Below, in pieces: positions 1 to 6,668 of a DNA stretch of 64,000 bases. The stretch's first letter is position 1, and each line of letters opens with the position of its first letter. This stretch comes from a virus (Duplodnaviria > Caudoviricetes): IMG/VR virus record IMGVR_UViG_3300038393_000327, positions 6,683 to 70,682 of that record, one strand, 5' to 3'. The position numbers and the translations under genes were made by a program. The notes under the pieces were generated by a model. It was given only the letters and a program-made list of their open reading frames with translations. It did no database searches and had not been told where the DNA came from.

Positions 1-38
1 GAAGGTCTAGCATTGCCCTGTGCCTTTATCAATGGTAG

Positions 39-266
39 TTACGTGTAGTCTTTGTATCTACCATATCGAGACTCGAAGAGTTCCATCCATCGATAGTCTT
101 CTTGGAGTTGTTCCCAATAGAGATCAATTTGATCCCAATGATCGAACTTCATCTTGTTACGATGAATATTTATTGTGGCTTCTTCTAAGTCTCCTAACCA
201 CCCAACCCAAAGAGCAAGGGTAGTGATGATAAGAACCGTCCATACGAGAATTTCGACTTCATTCAT
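39..266 (-). CDS. hypothetical protein with N-terminal transmembrane helix
   Basis: 75 aa ORF, hydrophobic N-terminus, overlaps upstream ORF in a tightly packed operon. Confidence 0.6.
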   Translation of the reverse strand: MNEVEILVWTVLIITTLALWVGWLGDLEEATINIHRNKMKFDHWDQIDLYWEQLQEDYRWMELFESRYGRYKDYT

Positions 267-495
267 CCTCTTCTTCCTTCTTCTCTTCTTCTACTTTCTC
301 TGATCTGACTTCAAATCCATATATAGTCCCGTGTTTACGAGACACATAATGAGCATCATCTGTATCATTAGGGTCATAACTCAGGAAATGATAGTCTTTA
401 CCTTGTTCGAAGGAGTCATTGATAGCCTGAAACCCCTCGATATCAATAAGAAAGACTTCTTTCCCTAGAGACCCTTTGAAAATCACAAAAAACAT
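259..495 (-). CDS. hypothetical protein, acidic C-terminus
   Basis: 78 aa ORF, AAGG SD, operon packing. Confidence 0.6.
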   Translation of the reverse strand: MFFVIFKGSLGKEVFLIDIEGFQAINDSFEQGKDYHFLSYDPNDTDDAHYVSRKHGTIYGFEVRSEKVEEEKKEEEDE

Positions 496-503
496 TTTGA
501 TCC

Positions 504-731
504 TTAATCTGTTAACTCGTATTCATTACGTATATAATGATTGAAAAACTTACCTTTGCTTTCGGCAGTCATAAAAGCTTCAAATACATCTGGTGGAACG
601 TCTTTGTATTTATACGTCCCATCATAATTCTTAGGAGGACCATACTGAAATACGACAGTCAACACTTGTGTCTTATCATTGTAAGATAACTGATAAGTAC
701 ATTCGGAATTAGTCTTGACCGTGGTTTTCAT
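504..731 (-). CDS. KTSC-domain protein
   Basis: Y-N...LTVVF...Y.Y.DVP..VFEAFM.A.SKGKFFN.YIR matches the KTSC pattern. Confidence 0.8.
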   Translation of the reverse strand: MKTTVKTNSECTYQLSYNDKTQVLTVVFQYGPPKNYDGTYKYKDVPPDVFEAFMTAESKGKFFNHYIRNEYELTD

Positions 732-871
732 TTCACCCTCATCTCATTCAAAAGGAGAACTGTCTCCGAAGCGACAACCTCAGAGACAGCACTACAAAGA
801 TAGAAAGCACCAAGTTCAGTCTCCCGGAATATGGACCAATCACCGAACTCATTCTTCCGGGAGAAGAACAT
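728..871 (-). CDS. small hypothetical protein (47 aa, not in ORF track)
   Basis: MFFSRKNEFGDW...; TAATG overlap at start and ATGA overlap at stop. Confidence 0.55.
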   Translation of the reverse strand: MFFSRKNEFGDWSIFRETELGAFYLCSAVSEVVASETVLLLNEMRVK

Positions 872-1044
872 TACTTTTTCTTTCTCTGTTGCATAGCCTT
901 GATCTTTTCGACCTTGGCAAGTTCACGACGACGAGACTTCCCCGCATCCACTTTGGAGAACTTCGGTCGTCTCAAAGGAGCCAAATGACGATAACCATTG
1001 GCTGCCTGTTTCCTTTTGCGTCTAGCAGTTCTTGCTACGCACAT
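871..1044 (-). CDS. small highly basic protein
   Basis: MCVARTARRKRKQ...; GAGGGA SD before ATG 1044 (shorter than the ORF-track call). Confidence 0.5.
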   Translation of the reverse strand: MCVARTARRKRKQAANGYRHLAPLRRPKFSKVDAGKSRRRELAKVEKIKAMQQRKKK

Positions 1045-1158
1045 GCTTCCCTCATGCAGTCGGGGGAGTTGTTCCACCCGTATACTTCTGAATGAACGGC
1101 CACCCATAGCGATAAGCAACCGCACCGACAATAACACCAAGAACAAATTCGACCAATT

Positions 1159-1389
1159 TTATCTCCATTTCATTGAACCAGGGCAACGAAAAGCCTCTGG
1201 TGGTTGAGCGTTTGACAATGACTTTAACATCATTGCGTGATCTAATCTGCGAACAGCCAAACGCTCTCTAGCCTTTCGCAAATACTTACCATTCATGCCT
1301 TGTCCGCAAGTATTGGACTTCTGTCCGCTTCTTCCGAACCAATGTCTTGGATGGATGGATAGTTGTATCTTTTCTTTCTTCACCATCAC
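1159..1389 (-). CDS. small basic hypothetical protein
   Basis: 76 aa ORF, overlaps upstream stop. Confidence 0.55.
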   Translation of the reverse strand: MMVKKEKIQLSIHPRHWFGRSGQKSNTCGQGMNGKYLRKARERLAVRRLDHAMMLKSLSNAQPPEAFRCPGSMKWR

Positions 1390-1628
1390 TCAGTCCAATT
1401 AGGACGATTGAAGTGCACGTTGTCGAACTGTTCTTCGAGATATCTGGACAGACCAGAGTCATCGAAATCTTCGACGTAGGGCACATCACCCGTCTTAGGA
1501 AAACCCTTACTTGATACTTCCGGGAGATACATTTCTGGAGGGATAGTTTCGATCTCTTCCCTTATGTCAGGGTCTTCTTGTTCTTCTAGAGAGAAACCAG
1601 GTATAGTAGAAGAGGTTGCCAGTTTCAT
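1386..1628 (-). CDS. acidic hypothetical protein
   Basis: start placed at MKLATSS within the 105 aa ORF. Confidence 0.5.
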   Translation of the reverse strand: MKLATSSTIPGFSLEEQEDPDIREEIETIPPEMYLPEVSSKGFPKTGDVPYVEDFDDSGLSRYLEEQFDNVHFNRPNWTE

Positions 1629-2028
1629 TTCAGTAGCCCACCCAATTTTCTTAGTTTTGTCCCTCAAAGGTGGGGAGAGATTTAAATAGAGCGCTCTCCC
1701 CATTCGCTCTCAACTCAGGACGCTTAGCGACCATAAGTTCTTTGCAAGAGTTCTAACAATCGCCATAAAAGTTTTTCCAGGCCATCCTGCCACGTACCTT
1801 TATGATCCCATTGTTATCGTCCATTGCGACGAGGGTTCTTTTCGAATGATCGCCTTCTTTAGGGCGTTTCCCGGCTCCCCAAGCCCTTAATTTAGCTTAT
1901 CTTTGATCAATCTGCTGGTACGCGCCCCGCGTTGCCTAGCGTCGCATAGCTTTCCTCCATTTAGGATCAGTTGATGCTAGTTTCACAGCTTTTATAACTA
2001 TCGCTTAGCTCATTGGCTATCAGCGGAC

Positions 2029-2096
2029 AAAAAAATAGCCCCAAGTGAAAATCTTCTAGGAGCTAGGCTCGACTAGAAAAAGATCACTTGGGGCTA
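2029..2096 (-). terminator. long intrinsic terminator hairpin
   Basis: 13-bp stem TAGCCCCAAGTGA/TCACTTGGGGCTA followed by a T-run on the minus strand. Confidence 0.8.
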
Positions 2097-2106
2097 AGTT
2101 GCCTTG

Positions 2107-2241
2107 TTACTGCGCAGACGGGGTTGACTGCGAGGGGGTAACAAGGGGCGCGACTTGCTCGTAGATAGGAGTGTGATGTTGTGCTGCCACACCACCAGCG
2201 GCCCCCAATGCGAGCAAAAATATCATTCCAAGGAATTTCAC
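2107..2241 (-). CDS. 44 aa peptide with Sec-type signal peptide (not in ORF track)
   Basis: AAGGAG SD, GTG start, MKFLGMIFLLALGAAGGVAA-QHHTPIYEQ..., followed by a terminator. Confidence 0.7.
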   Translation of the reverse strand: MKFLGMIFLLALGAAGGVAAQHHTPIYEQVAPLVTPSQSTPSAQ

Positions 2242-2317
2242 TTATCTCTCCTTCTGTATAATGAAGATTTGTTTATCCCTATCTTGGGCAAAGAGCTTCA
2301 TGGGTTGTAATACTAAC

Positions 2318-2443
2318 AGGTTGAACTTTTTGCGACCGGTGTGTCTACCATTTCCACCACTCCCCGATAAGTGGTCGGGGAGGTAGGACTTGAACCTACA
2401 ATATGCCGGTTTATCCATGCATTTTTGTTGCTGAACTCAACCT
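2318..2443 (-). ncRNA. CAGCAA-stem RNA unit U6 containing a circularly permuted tRNA-like domain (2335-2410)
   Basis: AGGTTGAGTT-CAGCAAC...AGTTCAACCT-G closing stem; inside: ACCGG, T-arm, CTCCCCG-ACCA, cttat, CGGGGAG, D-arm, CCGGT. Confidence 0.8.
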
Positions 2444-2452
2444 AATTAATTC

Positions 2453-2537
2453 AGGCTAGCTTTTTGCTTCTTCATATTACAAGTATGATGCAAAATCGAT
2501 AACGAAGTTATCTCTCATTATTTGCTGCAACTAGCCT
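2453..2537 (-). ncRNA. CAGCAA-stem RNA unit U5
   Basis: AGGCTAG-TTG-CAGCAAA...CTAGCCT-G; internal hairpins GATAA/TTATC and TCATA-CTTGTAA-TATGA. Confidence 0.7.
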
Positions 2538-2545
2538 TTAATCGT

Positions 2546-2794
2546 TTAATTCAATGTATGTTTGGGAGGGACATGAACTACTTCACCACCTGTGATCTCC
2601 TTCACTAATCCAGAAACACTTCGTTCCATGAACATACGATGTATTCCTAGATGGATAAAATACTCCACGAATTCTTCACGGGTAAAAGGACACCCATGGT
2701 GCTTCACTTCGTGCATGTAACATGCTTCGAGATAAACAGCCGAAGTCAGATTGTATAAACAATCACGATTTTTCAATTTGCACTGATGGCACAT
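2546..2794 (-). CDS. Cys/His-rich hypothetical protein inside the ncRNA cluster
   Basis: GAAAGGGAAAAC-ATG; MCHQCKLKNRDC... Confidence 0.6.
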   Translation of the reverse strand: MCHQCKLKNRDCLYNLTSAVYLEACYMHEVKHHGCPFTREEFVEYFIHLGIHRMFMERSVSGLVKEITGGEVVHVPPKHTLN

Positions 2795-2823
2795 GTTTTC
2801 CCTTTCTTTGTCTCTCAAAAAGA

Positions 2824-2952
2824 CACAAGGAAACCACTAGGATTTAGCCAGTTGCGGCGGACCACTCCTATTGGAAGCCTATATTTTGGGACGGACAGGC
2901 TCTTAGTGCATTGAGGAATGGGGGACAGTCTCAACACACGTTCGTCCTTGTG
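2824..2952 (-). ncRNA. candidate multi-branched structured RNA
   Basis: 8-bp closing stem CACAAGGA/TCCTTGTG; internal TTGAG/CTCAA, GCCT/AGGC, TAGGA/TCCTA and CACTA/TAGTG stems; non-coding. Confidence 0.45.
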
Positions 2953-2996
2953 CCCATTTCAGAGACAAGTTTTTAGTTCTTTTTTGGGGATTTACC

Positions 2997-3051
2997 AGGT
3001 AGCACGGGGGGTTTGCATCCAAAGCAATTTTTTATTTGCTGAAGGCTACCT
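2997..3051 (-). ncRNA. CAGCAA-stem RNA unit U4
   Basis: AGGTAGC-CTT-CAGCAAA...GCTACCT-G. Confidence 0.7.
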
Positions 3052-3079
3052 TACTCGGAGGAACTCGAAATCAACTATC

Positions 3080-3221
3080 AGGGTCGTTGTTCCTTAACAC
3101 TGGAACCGCGTGGTTTCTTAAACCCTTATGAGAGCTTATGCGTCCTCTCATTTTGACTATGCTTGCTCCACAGGAGCGTGGTTTATGAACATGATTTTAA
3201 TTTTGTTGCTGCAATGACCCT
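3080..3221 (-). ncRNA. CAGCAA-stem RNA unit U3
   Basis: AGGGTC-ATTG-CAGCAAC...GACCCT-G with three internal hairpins. Confidence 0.7.
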
Positions 3222-3231
3222 TTAATCGTTC

Positions 3232-3292
3232 AGGCTCTCTTTATACATGGAAAGCGTTTCCACGCTTAAGGTTTGATTGCTGTATAGAGCCT
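3232..3292 (-). ncRNA. CAGCAA-stem RNA unit U2
   Basis: AGGCTCT-ATA-CAGCAAT...AGAGCCT-G; internal AAGCGT-GGAA-ACGCTT hairpin. Confidence 0.7.
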
Positions 3293-3302
3293 TTAAATCA
3301 AC

Positions 3303-3365
3303 AGGAACGCGCCTTTCGGGCATGTCAACATTATGGAGTTGGTTTTTGGTTGCTGAAACGTTCCT
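3303..3365 (-). ncRNA. CAGCAA-stem RNA unit U1
   Basis: AGGAACG-TTT-CAGCAAC...CGTTCCT-G. Confidence 0.7.
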
Positions 3366-3372
3366 AAAATGG

Positions 3373-3441
3373 TTTTCTGTGAGTGTAAGCTTCGTTAAGT
3401 ACGAGGGGGTCGGGTTAAAGAATACCCACACTCACAGAAAA
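3373..3441 (-). ncRNA. three-way-junction RNA domain
   Basis: perfect 14-bp stem TTTTCTGTGAGTGT/ACACTCACAGAAAA enclosing two small hairpins. Confidence 0.55.
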
Positions 3442-3442
3442 T

Positions 3443-3515
3443 TGGGAGCGAACATTGGCGTTGAACCAATCACAAGAGACTGAAGGGGACCTCTTGTCCT
3501 TCCTAAGATTCGCTC
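3443..3515 (-). ncRNA. 73-nt tRNA-like RNA lacking a D-stem and ending in CCA
   Basis: 8-bp acceptor-like stem GAGCGAAT/GTTCGCTC plus CCA, T-arm ATTGG-TTCAACG-CCAAT, 7-bp stem with 12-nt loop. Confidence 0.6.
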
Positions 3516-3522
3516 AAAGCGG

Positions 3523-3679
3523 TGTTGCCTAGTGCCTTTCGCTTCGGATGAGGGAACAACGTGGCAAAACTCAAAGCACACTTGACGTACGGGAGTCGGC
3601 CAACATCGGGGGGATGTTTTAGTGGCCTTACCTTTTAACAATCAAGCTTCACTGTGCCTCAAGGATACACTAGGCAACA
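3523..3679 (-). ncRNA. candidate ~155-nt structured RNA
   Basis: perfect 12-bp closing stem TGTTGCCTAGTG/CACTAGGCAACA; internal CTTGAGGCACA/TGTGCTTTGAG helix. Confidence 0.5.
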
Positions 3680-3714
3680 AAAAACCCCACTAGAAATAAA
3701 TCCAATGGGGTTTT
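3679..3714 (-). terminator. intrinsic terminator
   Basis: AAAACCCCA...TGGGGTTTTTT. Confidence 0.75.
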
Positions 3715-3737
3715 CAGTAGTCTAGGGAAAAGAGGTA

Positions 3738-3821
3738 TTACATTTCTCTTACGCTTTGTATTAGAGCAAGCAAAAGAATTACTCCAAATACACCCGCGCC
3801 AAGTATAAGCAGTTGGAGCAT
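3738..3821 (-). CDS. 27 aa single-pass membrane peptide (not in ORF track)
   Basis: GAAAGGAAAATAAA-ATG; MLQLLILGAGVFGVILLLALIQSVREM. Confidence 0.6.
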   Translation of the reverse strand: MLQLLILGAGVFGVILLLALIQSVREM

Positions 3822-3833
3822 TTTATTTTCCTT

Positions 3834-4355
3834 TCACTTGTCCATCCATTTGCGCCGGACTCTACGTTTTGTTCCGACCTTTTCGATACGCTCAACAATC
3901 CGGCCTTTACCTGCTAAACCAGGGTGGAAGCCTTGTATGATCCCATATTTCGGCTCTTGCACCTTGATTTTAGCAGCATTGGCCTTTCTATTGGCTTCGG
4001 CTTTAGCCTTATCGGCCTTTGCCTTGTCCTGTAACTCATGAGCATGAGCAACTTTGCCTTCCAAAGCCATGCAAGAAATAATGGTTTTAGTTAGCTTTTT
4101 CTCTAGTTTCATGACTGCTAATTCAATCCATTTCTTACGTTCTGGACTGGTTTTGCTATCATGTAACTCTTGTTTGTTACGCTCTATTTGCTCACGCAAT
4201 CGTTTTGCGTTCTTTTGCGTTTTCTTCAACTGATTTTCTGGCAAAAGCTTAGTCGGTTTGTTTTTCGCCGACGATGTTAGCATCCCGGAATGAGACCTAA
4301 CATTTGTCATCTTTGACCATTCTTTCGGTTGACGGTTCCGCCTTATCTTAACCAT
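3834..4355 (-). CDS. basic coiled-coil hypothetical protein
   Basis: 173 aa, AAGGGAAA SD, K/R/A-rich heptads. Confidence 0.75.
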   Translation of the reverse strand: MVKIRRNRQPKEWSKMTNVRSHSGMLTSSAKNKPTKLLPENQLKKTQKNAKRLREQIERNKQELHDSKTSPERKKWIELAVMKLEKKLTKTIISCMALEGKVAHAHELQDKAKADKAKAEANRKANAAKIKVQEPKYGIIQGFHPGLAGKGRIVERIEKVGTKRRVRRKWMDK

Positions 4356-4387
4356 TTACTTTCCCTTTCACGATGGTCTAGAAACGC

Positions 4388-4421
4388 AAAAAACCCCATG
4401 AGAAATTAATCCCATGGGGTT
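4388..4421 (-). terminator. intrinsic terminator
   Basis: AACCCCATG...CATGGGGTTTTTT. Confidence 0.75.
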
Positions 4422-4454
4422 CCTGATTTAACGCGCTATGCGTTCGGGATGGCT

Positions 4455-5261
4455 CTAGTGAGCGTGAGCGGCTTCCGGTTCTTTCTTGGCTTTCGCGTTG
4501 GCATTGGCCTTGATAAGTTCTTCGGTTTTGGCTGGAGTTTCCTCCTCCGTTTCATCCGAATGAGAACCATCGTTGAAATTGTCCAGAATGCCCTTAAGCT
4601 TGTCGCCAGAAAGGCCCAAAGCCCGTCCGGCGGCAGCAAGTTTATTCTTTTCAATTCCATTCGTTGCCGCATTCTTGGAAATTTTCATGAGCAAGTTTCC
4701 GACCATGCGTTGCAAGGCGGTAGCATCCATCGCTTCCGCGTCGCGCCGTTCGGCGTCGGCAGACTTCCACATGAAATCGAGCGCCTTTTCTCCGGCGTCT
4801 CTGATTTCCTTTCGTGCGGCCTTGATTTCCTTGATATCCTTCGGAGATAACGCTTTGTTATCCTTGACATCGATCAAGAAAAATCCCTTGATCTTGCCAT
4901 TTTCCGAACGACCGGAGAAATCGAAGAATTTTGTCGGACGACGCTCCCAAACATCTTCGGAAACTTCGCCGTCGATCACTTTGCGAATGCCGCCCTTGCC
5001 GAAGATATCACGTACACGATTTGCATACATGACGCGGAGTGCTTCTGCATCCTTCGGCGAGCCGTTCTTGTCATTAGCAAGCTTGACGTAAAGATCGTTG
5101 ATGAAATGCGGGTGACCATGCATGAGCATAAACATTCCGCTTGCGGCAGCCGCTTGAAGCGATACCGCGCCGGCTCTGGCGTCCTTGACTGCCTTGTCGT
5201 TCAAGTCGTAACGACGCTTGCTATCGGCATTCGTAAGGACGAATTCGTTATTATTAGCCAT
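4455..5261 (-). CDS. early hypothetical protein, GC-rich coding
   Basis: 268 aa, AAGGGAAA SD, own terminator, strong codon bias. Confidence 0.85.
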   Translation of the reverse strand: MANNNEFVLTNADSKRRYDLNDKAVKDARAGAVSLQAAAASGMFMLMHGHPHFINDLYVKLANDKNGSPKDAEALRVMYANRVRDIFGKGGIRKVIDGEVSEDVWERRPTKFFDFSGRSENGKIKGFFLIDVKDNKALSPKDIKEIKAARKEIRDAGEKALDFMWKSADAERRDAEAMDATALQRMVGNLLMKISKNAATNGIEKNKLAAAGRALGLSGDKLKGILDNFNDGSHSDETEEETPAKTEELIKANANAKAKKEPEAAHAH

Positions 5262-5910
5262 AGTCTTTCCCTTTCGCGCCTTTATCCGGTTGAAAAGCTA
5301 CTGACCAAAAGGCAAAAAACCGCCAGTAGCCAAGTAACCGGATTAGCAACGGCCAATTAGGAACAAGCCCGCATGAAACCATCGCGTTAAGGTCTATTCA
5401 ATTGAGAAAGAACCATACTAAAACTAAGACATAGCTTTAGTATCCACCGCTCCCACGCTTTCGCGCTTAGACGGTAAGTAAGGTGGTTGTACAAAACAAC
5501 CAGAATGCAAGCGCTTGGGTGCCTATGCTTCCGCTCTAGCTTCCGCCTTGTCCCGCTTGTCCTACATATCGGAGGCGGGGGCTTGGCTAGTGCACCTATG
5601 GTCCTATCCCGGAGGATGCTTCCGAAGGCTGAAGGCTGACAAGGCAAGCGCACATGTCGCATTCAATGGGTATTAAAACATGCGATTGTGGCAGAAATAA
5701 GGCAGAAAACCAGGAATAAATTCCTATCTTATCACGCGGATATAAGGCACGAGCGCGCACGTATGCCAGGTTAGGCTAACGTTAGGTGATAGGCTCTAAA
5801 TCGTCCACAAATGCCCGTACAAGCGTTTTCGTTGTTTCTGGCATGGTGATACCCGGAAACCCCTAGAAACGCTTCTAGGACCGGTTCCTGTGGCAGCTAG
5901 GGCATAGGCA

Positions 5911-5963
5911 AAAGAAAAGCCCGGTTCCGATCCTGCCAGCTAGGCGAGACCAGTTCCGGGCTT
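5911..5963 (-). terminator. probable terminator hairpin
   Basis: AAGCCCGG...CCGGGCTTTTCTTTT downstream of the early genes. Confidence 0.6.
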
Positions 5964-5970
5964 GATTAGA

Positions 5971-6186
5971 TCACAAGTAATCGTCGGCTTGTCCGCTTTC
6001 GATAAAGGCACATTTGGCACAATGCCTTGATAGCTTTACAAGTCTTTCAGGGTCTTTTGCTTCCTTTGCAGCTTGTAAATAGTAATAAGCCGCTTGAGTA
6101 TAGTTTTCTTCCATTCTCGCAACATCGCCCATTGTTTCGAATAGACCTTTTGCGAGCTCTCTCTTGTCAACATACATCTTAGACAT
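5971..6186 (-). CDS. early hypothetical protein
   Basis: 71 aa, AAGGGA SD. Confidence 0.7.
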   Translation of the reverse strand: MSKMYVDKRELAKGLFETMGDVARMEENYTQAAYYYLQAAKEAKDPERLVKLSRHCAKCAFIESGQADDYL

Positions 6187-6400
6187 GAGATATTCCCTTT
6201 GCTGCTAGTGAGAATTGATAGTGCATTTCTAGAGTATCATAGATATGGTTTATTGCCCTATAGAGTTGGGTTTCATTGATTATCCCATATCTCTTAAGGT
6301 GTATCCTTATGATCTCCGTTGCACAATCTTCCCGCCTATTTCCAGCTAACCAGCTAGACTTAGCGTAAAAGTTGATTTCTGCTATATCACGGTCATTCAT
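6179..6400 (-). CDS. early hypothetical protein
   Basis: 73 aa, AAGGGAAA SD. Confidence 0.7.
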   Translation of the reverse strand: MNDRDIAEINFYAKSSWLAGNRREDCATEIIRIHLKRYGIINETQLYRAINHIYDTLEMHYQFSLAAKGISHV

Positions 6401-6470
6401 AGGTTTTCCCTTTCACGATATTAACCTATTCACCTATCGCCTAATAAATCCCTAGTAGCCATTGTGTTGA

Positions 6471-6665
6471 TTATTTAGCTAGACAAACGATTTCAACTCG
6501 TTTGATTTCACTTGGCTTGTATTGAACGGTATTGTTATTACCGTCGCTACTAATCGCACCTTTAGTCATTAATTCATTGAAGAAATAGAGCATATCGTTA
6601 ATGTCTCTATATTCCCCATAATATTGTCTAGAGCCTTCAAGTTCGAAGAATAGTTGATAGACCAT
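6471..6665 (-). CDS. early hypothetical protein
   Basis: 64 aa ORF. Confidence 0.65.
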   Translation of the reverse strand: MVYQLFFELEGSRQYYGEYRDINDMLYFFNELMTKGAISSDGNNNTVQYKPSEIKRVEIVCLAK

Positions 6666-6668
6666 GTT

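Noticed and set aside
1651-1824. TAG read-through ORF suggesting stop-codon reassignment
   Set aside because: Single weak example without a clear SD; all conserved genes are intact in the standard code and several end in TAG.
2335-2410. Canonical or intron-containing tRNA-Leu gene
   Set aside because: The halves are in reverse order and pair with each other; no alternative partner halves were found up- or downstream.
2240-2443. Two-piece (permuted) tmRNA
   Set aside because: Topology fits, but the acceptor stem lacks G3.U70, a full D-stem is present and the downstream frames give no tag ending in hydrophobic-Ala-Ala (GCA AAA AGT TCA ACC TGT TAG).
2318-3365. CRISPR array or mini-array
   Set aside because: No identical direct repeats; the conserved element is a stem plus a 6-nt motif with variable interiors, and no cas genes are present.
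3535-3640. Hammerhead or HDV-like (theta) ribozyme
   Set aside because: GGATGAG/GAAA and GGCCA...TGGCC look suggestive, but the CUGAUGA core and the HDV P1.1/J4-2 catalytic elements are not satisfied.
4427-5391. Third long-range stalk around the 268-aa gene (TTAACGCG/CGCGTTAA)
   Set aside because: Only 8 bp and lacks the CTAGTTAA/TTTATTAG core; compatible with chance.
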